Shown here piece by piece: positions 1 to 8,985 of a DNA stretch of 64,000 nucleotides (positions are counted from its first letter, which is position 1; each line of letters starts with the position of its first letter). Both the position numbers and the translations under genes were made by a program. The DNA is from Thermodesulfobacteriota bacterium. Its GTDB lineage: Bacteria > Desulfobacterota_D > UBA1144 > Nemesobacterales > Nemesobacteraceae. The stretch spans positions 388,486 through 452,485 of the forward strand of contig OZ253668.1 of assembly GCA_965263275.1 (NCBI GenBank), given 5' to 3'. The notes below the pieces were generated by a model. The model saw only the letters and a program-made list of their open reading frames with translations, did not search any database and was not told the origin of the DNA.

Positions 1-2
1 TC

Positions 3-881
3 GTGACGGACTTTTTCGGAAAGGACCCAAGCAAGGGGATAAACCCGGACGAGGTGGTTGCTCTGGGAGCCGCCATCCAGGCGGGCGTGCTCGGCGGAGA
101 CGTAACCGACATGCTTCTTCTCGACGTGGTTCCTCTCTCTCTTGGGATCGAGACCCTCGGAGGGGTCATGACCGCCATCATCGAGAGAAACACGACCATT
201 CCCACCAAGAAAAGCCAAGTTTTCACCACCGCGGAGGACAGCCAGAGTTCGGTTGAAATACATGTGTTGCAGGGAGAAAGACAGATGGCGGCCGACAACA
301 GGACGCTTGCCAGGTTCATTCTCTCGGGCATTCCCGCTGCGGCAAGGGGCATTCCGCAGATAGAGGTTACTTTCGACACTGACGCCGACGGAATACTCCA
401 TGTTTCAGCGAAGGATAACGCGACTCAGAAAGAGCAGAAAGTAAAGGTTGAGGCTTCAAGCGGGCTTGGAAGCGATGAGATCGATTCAATGGTCGACGAA
501 GCCGAGAAAATGTCCGAGAAGGACAAGGAAAAAAGCGAGCAGGTTAAGAAGAGAAATCAGCTTGACGAGCTTGTCTACAGGACCGATAAAAGTTTCCAGG
601 AACTTGGCGACGGCCTCTCTGATGAGGAGAAAAAGGAGCTTGAGCAGGCCCTTGAGGAAGGAAGGGAAGCGCTTAAATCCGATGATCCGGGCAAAATAGA
701 CCCCGCGACGGAAAGAATAACCGCTGTTTCTCACAAGCTTGCGGAACTGATGTACAAGAAACAGCAGGAGGAGGCTTCGCAGGGTGCCGGGGAGGGCGGA
801 GGGGAAAGCCCTGAATCCGGACAGGGGAATTCTACCTCGGGCGATGACGTGATAGACGCCGAATTTACCGAACAGAAGTAA
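3..881 (+). CDS. dnaK: Molecular chaperone DnaK (Hsp70), C-terminal part; 5' end lies outside the window
   Basis: The translation shows the Hsp70 substrate-binding domain and lid ([17 protein letters not shown]..., [19 protein letters not shown]) and an acidic GGE-rich tail. The ORF is open to the window edge. Confidence 0.95.
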   Translation: MTDFFGKDPSKGINPDEVVALGAAIQAGVLGGDVTDMLLLDVVPLSLGIETLGGVMTAIIERNTTIPTKKSQVFTTAEDSQSSVEIHVLQGERQMAADNRTLARFILSGIPAAARGIPQIEVTFDTDADGILHVSAKDNATQKEQKVKVEASSGLGSDEIDSMVDEAEKMSEKDKEKSEQVKKRNQLDELVYRTDKSFQELGDGLSDEEKKELEQALEEGREALKSDDPGKIDPATERITAVSHKLAELMYKKQQEEASQGAGEGGGESPESGQGNSTSGDDVIDAEFTEQK

Positions 882-1186
882 TCGCAGGGGGTTACAAGTT
901 CCGCCCGGTTTCCCGTAAGCGCAACTTTAACCCATCTGGACCGATAGAGGTGAACAAATCTGAAACGGCTTTTGTCAGCCTAATTATTAGTATGGTGAAT
1001 CGAGAAGTGCCAACTTCAAGGAGAAATTAAGATGGAATCTTTTGTATTTGAGGCAAGTTGGGATGACGAGGCGAAGGTATCGTGGGTTTCAAAAACACCC
1101 ATATCAGGATTAGTGACTGAAGCCGAAACTATAGATGAATTGGGAATTGTAGACTTGTTTACCCAAAGAATTATGGAACTACCAAC

Positions 1187-1600
1187 TTAATCTGCTAATT
1201 CTTCTAGCAACTGTCTGAACTTCTTGTTGCTGATGCTGTTCTTCTCTCTGTTAAGTAACAATCTTCTACATTCAACGAAGTTTTCGTACGGCTTATCCCA
1301 CAAGTATTCCGCACATACGGCATAAGTAACAACGGTGGGATTCTTTTCATCATTGAGCATCTGTTCCAGTGCTTTCCCTTCAAATCCCCACTCACTCCAA
1401 ACCTTGTAAAAACACTGCCTTGTCAAGAGTTTTTCTTCTACACATTTCTTGTGGGTACCGGATATTTCACCCACCCATTCAAGTGTACCGTCTCCTTTTT
1501 TTACCCACTCTGCATTCGTTGATTCTGGAAAGACTACACTTGTAAAACAGAAAAAAAGTAGAAATGCAAAGACCACTTTGAAACCTATTCTCATGGGCAC
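1187..1600 (-). CDS. Hypothetical secreted protein (N-terminal signal peptide)
   Basis: 137-aa ORF with a hydrophobic N-terminal leader (FKVVFAFLLFFCFTSVVF) in a low-GC patch. No recognisable domain. Confidence 0.45.
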   Translation of the reverse strand: MPMRIGFKVVFAFLLFFCFTSVVFPESTNAEWVKKGDGTLEWVGEISGTHKKCVEEKLLTRQCFYKVWSEWGFEGKALEQMLNDEKNPTVVTYAVCAEYLWDKPYENFVECRRLLLNREKNSISNKKFRQLLEELAD

Positions 1601-1761
1601 TTTTTCCTGCGTATGCGGGACTCTTTCAACTGCGAACGGTTCGGATTATAGCACGAGGACAGGGTCTAGGCAAAGAATTTTTAGTAGGTATACTTGGGGC
1701 TAAAGAGGGACTGGGAAACCCGATCCCTCTTTACTCTATTTGAAAAGGAGAACAAACGATA

Positions 1762-1911
1762 ATGCCACAGACTGGAGAAATATGTGAGCAATCTGGATTT
1801 TATCGTGGTGATTGCGGTTGTACGCAGATTAAAATGGTGAAAGGAAATAGATTCCCTCCTTGTAGAGTATGCAACAGAGGTGTCAAATGGACTTTCGTAG
1901 GGCTTCGATAA
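1762..1911 (+). CDS. Zinc-ribbon microprotein, 49 aa (CxxC..CxC..CxxC); absent from the supplied ORF track because it is under 60 aa
   Basis: ATG at 1762 is preceded by AAAGGAG at 1745-1751, and the stop is at 1909-1911. The translation is MPQTGEICEQSGFYRGDCGCTQIKMVKGNRFPPCRVCNRGVKW..., with four Cys pairs typical of a zinc ribbon. Confidence 0.4.
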   Translation: MPQTGEICEQSGFYRGDCGCTQIKMVKGNRFPPCRVCNRGVKWTFVGLR

Positions 1912-2306
1912 CATTTACAAGGTGATAGATTTGTAATCGTTGTGTGATCTAAGGGCTTCGGTGCTATATCCGCACAGAAACCCTATTATTATGTCTCTAT
2001 ATCTTTGGAGAATTTTGTTTCCACGTGCCCACTTGTAGGTATTCAGTACCCATAATTCTTTCGCAAATCCGTAAGTAACAAAGCCATCAGAGTCTTCTTG
2101 AACAAAGGGGATTACATCCGGGTAACAGGCAGACGTGTTTTCTAGTTGGGAAAGTAAACAGGAAGGGAAATCTTCACCAGTACTTTTCTGATTCCCGAAA
2201 TGCTTGAAACGGAAATACCAAGAGTTCCTTACCGATCAAAGCAACTTCCTTTAGGGAATGTGCAACGGTCTAGACTTGGCAAACTATGCTCCAAAGCTGA
2301 AAAAGA

Positions 2307-2347
2307 TTCTTCGAGAAAATGTCCGAGAAGGACAAGGAAGAAAGCGA
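2307..2347. repeat. ~41-44 bp direct copy of an internal dnaK segment (508..548), one mismatch; candidate att-like repeat
   Basis: gaaaatgtccgagaaggacaaggaaRaaagcgagcaggtt occurs at 508-548 inside intact dnaK and again at 2307-2347. The flanks diverge immediately on both sides. Confidence 0.7.
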
Positions 2348-2638
2348 GCAGGTTCTTTGAGATTTGGTGTTGCTTCCGGGGGTTTGGAGACTTTTAAAGG
2401 GTAGAAATTCAAGCTGGTTTGTGTTACACTGTTTACTAATAAGGTCGTTCTTCTCCTGTGTTGTAAAGTGTTGTAGTCGCTTATCTTATGACACAAACAG
2501 CGGCTTTTTCTATATCACTTTATGAGAAATTTCGGGCTAGGGATGATATTGACGCAATAGGTCCAAAGAGGAAAAAAGTAGGTATATTTACAACCATACT
2601 TTGGCACGGGCAAGGATCACTTAGCATAGGATTGTAAC

Positions 2639-3361
2639 ATGGCCGACAGATCTGGGATCGAATGGACTGACGCGACATGGAATCCGGTGACGGGTTGCAC
2701 CAAAATCACACGTGGTTGCGAGAACTGCTACGCGGCGCGCTTTGCCGAACGATGGCGTGGAGTCAAGGGCCATCCCTACGAACAAGGCTTCGACCTGCGT
2801 TTATGGCCATCGCGGCTTGATCAGCCATCACGATGGCGAAAATCTCGTATGATTTTTGTCAATTCGATGAGTGATTTGTTTCATAAACGCGTGCCGCGCC
2901 GGTTCATTGACGAAGTTTTCCAGCAGATGGAAAATGTGGATCACCACATCTATCAGATATTGACGAAGCGGAGTTCACTCATGCGGGATTATCTGAAGCG
3001 CAGGTACTCAGATGGTGCGGTTCCGGAGCATATCTGGTGCGGTGTTTCAGTGGAAGACCAAACGGCTACGGCCAGAATTCTGCATCTTCAAACTACACCG
3101 GCTACGGTTCGTTTTTTATCTGTTGAGCCGCTGTTAGGTCCACTAGGTGACATTGACTTGGAAGGGATTTCATGGGTTATTGTCGGCGGAGAAAGCGGTC
3201 CAAATGCTCGTTATTTGCATCTTGATTGGGTTTGCGACATCCGTGACCAATGTGCATCCACAGGCGTACCATTCTTCTTCAAGCAGTGGGGAGGGCGAAC
3301 GCCCAAGGCTGGTGGTCGCGAGCTTGAAGGGGTGGAACATAACGCTATGCCTAACTATTAA
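2639..3361 (+). CDS. DUF5131 / phage Gp37-Gp68 family protein (three-Cys motif)
   Basis: The N-terminus IEWTDATWNPVTGCTKITRGCENCYA is the family signature (WNPxxGC..GCxxCYA, Cx5CxxC). Length of 240 aa is typical. Confidence 0.8.
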   Translation: MADRSGIEWTDATWNPVTGCTKITRGCENCYAARFAERWRGVKGHPYEQGFDLRLWPSRLDQPSRWRKSRMIFVNSMSDLFHKRVPRRFIDEVFQQMENVDHHIYQILTKRSSLMRDYLKRRYSDGAVPEHIWCGVSVEDQTATARILHLQTTPATVRFLSVEPLLGPLGDIDLEGISWVIVGGESGPNARYLHLDWVCDIRDQCASTGVPFFFKQWGGRTPKAGGRELEGVEHNAMPNY

Positions 3362-3376
3362 ACGGAGGAATTATTC

Positions 3377-4630
3377 GTGTCTTCTTTCAAGTGGCATCCT
3401 AATGAGCCACCGCCTCAGATTGAAACACATAGCAAGGCGAAACTGGATGTGTTGCGCAGATACATTCAGGAGTATTTCGACAGGTTGAATGCCAAGCCAC
3501 AACGGGAGGAATTCAAGCTTGATCTAGTCGATGGTTTTGCCGGAGGCGGCACATTTCGTGATGGAAATACTGACCTCTCGGGTACGCCGTTGGTCATGTT
3601 AGAGGAAGCGGAAAAAGCGGAGAAGCGTTTAAACAAGAAGCGAAAAAAGCGACTACATATTAATTGTAAATTCTATTTCGTTGACAAGGAGAGAGCTCAC
3701 ACAGATCACCTTAAAAAAGTTCTCAAGGAACGCGAATATAGGGTTGATGAAGACAAAATTGTTGTCCGAAACGGTCTTTTCGAGAATGAAATCGAAGCTA
3801 TTCTTCGTTCAATTAAACAAAGACAGCCTCGTGCTGGACGTGCAATTTTTCTTCTCGACCAGACCGGTTTCTCTCAGGTGGAATTGTTGCTCGTCTCTAG
3901 GATTTTAAATGAGTTGCCAGCGGCAGAAGTTATACTTACATTTGCTGCGGAGACACTTGTCAATCATCTCGCAACAACACCTGAGATAGTCAAGGCGGTT
4001 TCACCGCTGCAACTGACTGAATCACAGATAGGCGACCTGATACAATATAAGGAAGGGGCTGGCGGAATGGCCTTAGTTCAGAGGACATTGCGCAATCATA
4101 TACGCTTAATGACCGGGGCGGAATATGACACTCCATTTTTCATTCGCCCTGCAATATCTCGCCGCGCATTGTGGTTTCTCCATCTGTCAAGACATCCTAC
4201 CGCGCGAGATGTCATGATTCGACTGCATTGGGATACTCAAAACAGGTTTGAGCATTATGGTCCCGGTGACTTCGGTATGTTGGGATGGGACGCATTAAGA
4301 GACTCCTCAAGTTTGCCTTTGTTTCAATTCGGTGATCTTGACCAGACACAGATGCGAAACCAGCTTCTGAACTCACTTCCAAGGAAGTTATTCAGCTTGG
4401 TATCTGAAGAGCCTGTTACCGTAGACGCGATGCGGCATATATTTGCAAATCAGACTGCCGCTCGATTTTCCGATCTTGATGAGATTATCCTTCAACTTGT
4501 TAGAGAAGAGGAGTTTCAAATTCTAGATCCAGAAGGCAAGGCGCGTTCGCGTTCACTAAAGCGTTTGAAGCCTACGGATCGAATCGGGCTGCCTCCAACC
4601 TTATTGTTTCCGGGGTTTTCCCGCAGGTGA
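3377..4630 (+). CDS. Three-Cys-motif partner protein TcmP-like (regular genomic partner of DUF5131)
   Basis: The 417-aa ORF starts 15 bp after DUF5131, so an operon is likely. Size and adjacency fit the TcmP family. An N-terminal LDLVDGFAGGGTF resembles a Rossmann/SAM motif I; this is inference. Confidence 0.55.
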   Translation: MSSFKWHPNEPPPQIETHSKAKLDVLRRYIQEYFDRLNAKPQREEFKLDLVDGFAGGGTFRDGNTDLSGTPLVMLEEAEKAEKRLNKKRKKRLHINCKFYFVDKERAHTDHLKKVLKEREYRVDEDKIVVRNGLFENEIEAILRSIKQRQPRAGRAIFLLDQTGFSQVELLLVSRILNELPAAEVILTFAAETLVNHLATTPEIVKAVSPLQLTESQIGDLIQYKEGAGGMALVQRTLRNHIRLMTGAEYDTPFFIRPAISRRALWFLHLSRHPTARDVMIRLHWDTQNRFEHYGPGDFGMLGWDALRDSSSLPLFQFGDLDQTQMRNQLLNSLPRKLFSLVSEEPVTVDAMRHIFANQTAARFSDLDEIILQLVREEEFQILDPEGKARSRSLKRLKPTDRIGLPPTLLFPGFSRR

Positions 4631-4752
4631 TGAATTTCCTTTTTGGTAACTGGCCCAGACCGAACTTCCAGACGGAAATCACTTCCTTGTCAGTGCCACG
4701 CTCTGCCCGCCATCTACTTGCTCTTCTCTCAAAAGTACGCTTCACTCTGGGG

Positions 4753-5649
4753 TCAGCTTCTCTTCACCCGTGCAAGCGACTCAATTAATTTACGCGAACG
4801 CCCAGCAATTAACGAACTCTGGTTATATATAATCTCATTAATTCTTCGAATTGTATGATCTCCTGTGATTTCAGCTAGACTCTCCTTTTCCCTAGGATGA
4901 GAGTCATGGTGTGTGACAGTTATATCGTGCGCGATTGGAAGATGCCATTCAGCTCCTGGATCAGAAAGTTTGTGATAGAGCCTTGCTGTGGGATTACTTC
5001 CGATAATAAAACTCTTGTTCGGTTTACGAATTATTCCGATAATGAGACCTCTGCTCTGAAGAATTTGAAATATCTTGCTTTCGGGAGTTAATCTGGCTAC
5101 CGCAGTTGCCCTAAGGTTGTGTTTTGTTCCGTCTATTTGTTTGGGATCATTCGCTTTCTTGATTTCTTCTTCCGTCGGTGGTCCATACTCTTTTTCATGC
5201 TCGGCTATAAGCTCGGGAATCCAATCAAGGTATTTATTCACAATTGGATCAAGGACATCCGGTGTACGAAAGGATTGAATCAGGAAAAATACATCCCATA
5301 TATTTTTTTCATCAGGAGTTAATTTAGGCAGTCTACCAGATCGGGCCGAGTTGATTATTTTTTTGGTTACGGGTGCAGCTTTTGACTCCAATTTAGACAG
5401 AGAGTCTTCAACTGAAACATTCTCCTCCTCGTGACCATCATATTGGGTGTAGAGTTCATCCTCTACGAAGAGTTTCTTTGGAGTTCTGCTTTTAACAACT
5501 CTCTCATGGGGCTTAATAACGGTTCCTTCAGAGGAACCTAAAATGCAGAAATGTAGTTTGTTGTCGTTATCTGTAAATTCTCGTAACAACAGTTGTGGCA
5601 CGTAATGGTGCCGTTTCGGTCGGTTCTCGGATTTGCTCATTAGATTCAC
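4753..5649 (-). CDS. DUF4238 domain protein (Rst_DUF4238-like defence candidate)
   Basis: N-terminal HHYVPQLLLREF matches the DUF4238 'HYVPQ' signature. Low-GC gene immediately downstream of the ATPase on the same strand. Confidence 0.65.
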   Translation of the reverse strand: MNLMSKSENRPKRHHYVPQLLLREFTDNDNKLHFCILGSSEGTVIKPHERVVKSRTPKKLFVEDELYTQYDGHEEENVSVEDSLSKLESKAAPVTKKIINSARSGRLPKLTPDEKNIWDVFFLIQSFRTPDVLDPIVNKYLDWIPELIAEHEKEYGPPTEEEIKKANDPKQIDGTKHNLRATAVARLTPESKIFQILQSRGLIIGIIRKPNKSFIIGSNPTARLYHKLSDPGAEWHLPIAHDITVTHHDSHPREKESLAEITGDHTIRRINEIIYNQSSLIAGRSRKLIESLARVKRS

Positions 5650-5763
5650 CTATTGGCAATGCTTCATGCCATTACAAAGGGATAATTCCCAAAATTTTAG
5701 TCGGCGACTTGCTGAGCACTATCGAGACCTCTTCACCATTAGTTAGTTATTTTCCCAGAAATA

Positions 5764-7929
5764 CTAAAGTTCCCGGACCTCTTCATAAACTTTCTTCAGA
5801 TGTTCATCAGATAAGTCCATAATAGGTTCATACATAAATGAATTGAGGTGAATATTCTCCGGCGTCATAAGAACAACCTTGTCTATAGATGAAATAGCAT
5901 CGCCGTCGTTCGGGTATTTCTCCTTAAACCTGCTCAAAAGCTTTGTTGTTTGAGATTCGTGAATTTCCGCCACGAAATTTGGTTCGTTGATTCGGGTAAT
6001 CATGTATTGTTCCGCCTTCAGTCTAGCCGCGATAGAGAGAACTATCTTGTTCTCCAAGTTTATACCCCCCTCGGCAACTAGACATGCATCGGCTTCTTGA
6101 AAAATGAGATCAAGAACTTTTCCAGTCCCGCCATTTGCGGGTTTGATTTTGGAACTGAACAGGTTTCGATAAATCTCAAAGAGATCGGCCTCTGTCAGAC
6201 TGTTCGTATCGGTTTTTATATGAAGCAGGGAAGTGAGTTTCTTGAAGTGTTCCGAATCTTCTCCAACGGTATACTCTACGAGGTTCCGCATGAATGGTAT
6301 TGACGCAATCCGCTTTCTTGGGTTGGAGGCAAAGTCCGGTTTCCAATCCTTCACGAAAACATTCTTTATCCCCGTCGCAGGTTCGATTTTAATCCCATCC
6401 TCGTTGCGTTTAGCCAAGAAGCAGGAACCGTAGTTAACAAAGCGGCTCTGGACTGTCCGGAAAAAATCAAAATTGTGCGTCAAAATCAATTGGCGGAAAT
6501 TCTTCTTTTCCGAAATATCCTTCAGGTACTGAATTATTGCGTACTTGTTTCTGTAATCAAACGAATCCGCAATATCATCAATAATCATTATAGTTTTCTG
6601 TCCAGAACTAATTCGTACTTGAATCTCGAATATGATGTTCAGGATATAGAAAGCTTTTTTTTCTCCAGTGCTAAGTACTTCAAGAAGGCTGTCTCTTTCT
6701 AAATCTTTACGCTCTTCACCATCTTTGAATGTAAAACCGAGCTTAAGAATCTTCTCCTCTCCGAGCGTGACGGGGATTTTGTTCTTCACGACCAATTCAA
6801 AAGGGACAAAAAAACGTGTGTTAAAAATCTCAATAACCTTCTCCCACTCAGTTCGTTCCCGTCCAGCCACTTCTTCTATTTCTTTTTTCTTTTTGGCTGC
6901 ACCCCGGATTTCCTCAACCAGTTTTTTGAATAGCTCCTTGTTTACACCCAAATAGCTCTTCCAGACATTGTCTTTGAACTCAGTTATATTGGCCAACGCT
7001 GGAAGAATTTCCTCATTTTCCGAAATATAGCTCTGAAATCCTCGCATACCCGCATTCTTTATTAGCAACTTTTCGAGCCCTTGGAATACTTTCCGCAATC
7101 CAGGGTCGGAGGATATCTCCTCCTTCTCTTTCTGAATCAGTTGCTCAAGCTGTTCGCTCGATTCTACTTCCATCGGATCTTGGGCATTGAGACTGACGGT
7201 ATGTTTAGCTTTGAAAAATCCGTTATCAGCAAGAGTTTTCGCAATGACTGAAGCATTGTAATAGGTGAAAACCCCTCTTTTGAAGTAAGTCGAACGATCG
7301 ATTAGTTCATTGTATCTCTTTATATAATCCTCAATGGTATCTTTAGCTCCTCCAGTGTTTAGAAACTCGAGAACTCTATTATCAAAGACCACATCATAGC
7401 GAATGTCTGCAAAAGGAAAGCTTGTTTCAGACATTACTTCCTCATATATACCAGAGATAGCACGCGTAAACTTGTCTTCTAAGGCAGTAAACGTTAAGGA
7501 GATCTCTTTTTCCAAGTTCTTCTTAGATCCAGATTGTTGCTTCATCGCATCCAGAAATTGCCTCTTCGCGTCTTCTACACTGGAGTTGAGTTCCTCATAT
7601 TTTTTGCGAAGCTGGGCATTGACTAAGAGTGTAGACGTCTTCTCGGTACTACCTAGGTCCTCATCATAAGGTCGAACGACCAAGATCGATGCGGGCTCCA
7701 AGGAAACGTCTTTCTCATCGGTTATAAGACATTTCGTATCTCTATCTGGAAATACCAGATCAGCAGATTCCTTACCTTCGCTTATATCCTGAAATGTCTT
7801 GGCGAGGGAGGATTTCATTGCTCCGTTTGGAGCGTATACAGCGACGGCCGGACAATGGTTAAAACTGAATTGCTTTTCCAGTCGACGGATACCGTAACAG
7901 TGTTCCAGATCCAACTTCAAAGTTCGCAT
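5764..7929 (-). CDS. ABC/SMC-fold ATPase (AAA_15/AAA_21-like) with a long helical insert and an extra C-terminal domain of ~230 aa
   Basis: Walker A (VAVYAPNGAMKSSLAKTF) is near the N-terminus. The ABC signature LSTGEKKAF, Walker B IMIIDDIADSFD and H-loop LILTHNFDF lie ~400 aa later. The spacer is charged and coil-like. Confidence 0.65.
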   Translation of the reverse strand: MRTLKLDLEHCYGIRRLEKQFSFNHCPAVAVYAPNGAMKSSLAKTFQDISEGKESADLVFPDRDTKCLITDEKDVSLEPASILVVRPYDEDLGSTEKTSTLLVNAQLRKKYEELNSSVEDAKRQFLDAMKQQSGSKKNLEKEISLTFTALEDKFTRAISGIYEEVMSETSFPFADIRYDVVFDNRVLEFLNTGGAKDTIEDYIKRYNELIDRSTYFKRGVFTYYNASVIAKTLADNGFFKAKHTVSLNAQDPMEVESSEQLEQLIQKEKEEISSDPGLRKVFQGLEKLLIKNAGMRGFQSYISENEEILPALANITEFKDNVWKSYLGVNKELFKKLVEEIRGAAKKKKEIEEVAGRERTEWEKVIEIFNTRFFVPFELVVKNKIPVTLGEEKILKLGFTFKDGEERKDLERDSLLEVLSTGEKKAFYILNIIFEIQVRISSGQKTIMIIDDIADSFDYRNKYAIIQYLKDISEKKNFRQLILTHNFDFFRTVQSRFVNYGSCFLAKRNEDGIKIEPATGIKNVFVKDWKPDFASNPRKRIASIPFMRNLVEYTVGEDSEHFKKLTSLLHIKTDTNSLTEADLFEIYRNLFSSKIKPANGGTGKVLDLIFQEADACLVAEGGINLENKIVLSIAARLKAEQYMITRINEPNFVAEIHESQTTKLLSRFKEKYPNDGDAISSIDKVVLMTPENIHLNSFMYEPIMDLSDEHLKKVYEEVREL

Positions 7930-8145
7930 TAATCTCCTCCCTACCTATAGACTGAGCTATCATAAGATATCCGATCACTCCGACTGTGTAGCCATTTTCC
8001 ACTTGTTTCTGACCTTATATTAAGATTTGACAGATAGTGCTCGGAATCTTTCGCAAATTAAGAAATGAAGAAGGCGGCATTTCTTTATACATCCGGTTAA
8101 ATAAAACGTGGATTTACAAACTATTTAACAGGAGGAAACACCGCC

Positions 8146-8938
8146 ATGAGAGATTATACAGCGAAGGGCCCTAAAAAAAAGGTAATTCAGATAAACGAGA
8201 AGGAACTGCAGCAACACCTCAGCCCCCTTGTCACGGATACAGTACAGGAAGTTCTGAATCAGGTTCTCGACGCGGAAGCGGACGAGATGGTCGGGGCGGC
8301 TCGATACGAACGAAGCGCCGATCGCCAGGATTATCGTTACGGGAGCTACACAAGGAAGCTCCAAACCAAGGCAGGAGAAGTTGAGCTGAATATACCCAAG
8401 CTTCGGGAGCAGACGTTTCAGATGGCCATAATAGAGCGTTACAGGCGACGGGAGTCATCGATAAAAGAAGTTTTGGTGGAGATGTATCTTGCGGGAGTGT
8501 CGACGCGTCGGGTGGCGGATATCACCGAGGCGCTGTGGGACACGCGGGTGAGTTCGGCTACCGTATCGAAGCTTAACCAAAGCGTGTACGAGCACATAGA
8601 GAAGTGGAGAAACAGGTCGATAGAAGGAGAGTTTCCGTATGTATATCTTGACGGGGTGAGTCTCAAGGCAGGGGTGTGTAGATGAGACGCTCACGTACTA
8701 CGGGTTTCCGTCGTCGCACTGGCGGAGGATCCGGACGAACAATTCTATGGAGAGGATAATCAGGGAGATCAGGCGAAGATCCAGGGTGGTGGGAGCTTTC
8801 CCTGACGGGCAAAGCGCGTTGATGTTGTGTGCGGCGAGGTTAAGGCATGTATCGGGGACGAAGTGGGGGAGCAGGAGATATCTGGATATGGAGTTGTTAA
8901 GGGAAATGGACAGAAAGGAGGGAGTTAAGGTAGGGTGA
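8146..8938 (+). pseudogene. IS256-family (mutator) transposase remnant with an internal deletion
   Basis: 8146-8685 encodes the N-terminal ~179 aa of an IS256-type transposase (YERSADRQDYRYGSYTRKLQTKAGEVELNIPKLRE...). 8747-8938 encodes only the C-terminal tail (ERIIREIRRRSRVVGAFPDGQSALML). The DDE core is missing. Confidence 0.75.
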
Positions 8939-8985
8939 TTGACAAAGCAGTATCTGGAATTTCTCAAGATCTGAGATCTCAGATA

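Noticed and set aside
448-734. ORFs 448..699 (+) and 486..734 (-) inside dnaK
   Set aside because: They overlap the clearly conserved DnaK frame in alternative or antisense frames. They are low-complexity, Arg/Lys-rich artefacts of the Glu/Lys-rich lid region.
1920-2200. Possible minus-strand gene in the 280-bp gap
   Set aside because: All reverse-strand frames are broken after 15-25 codons. It is likely a decayed remnant, not a gene.
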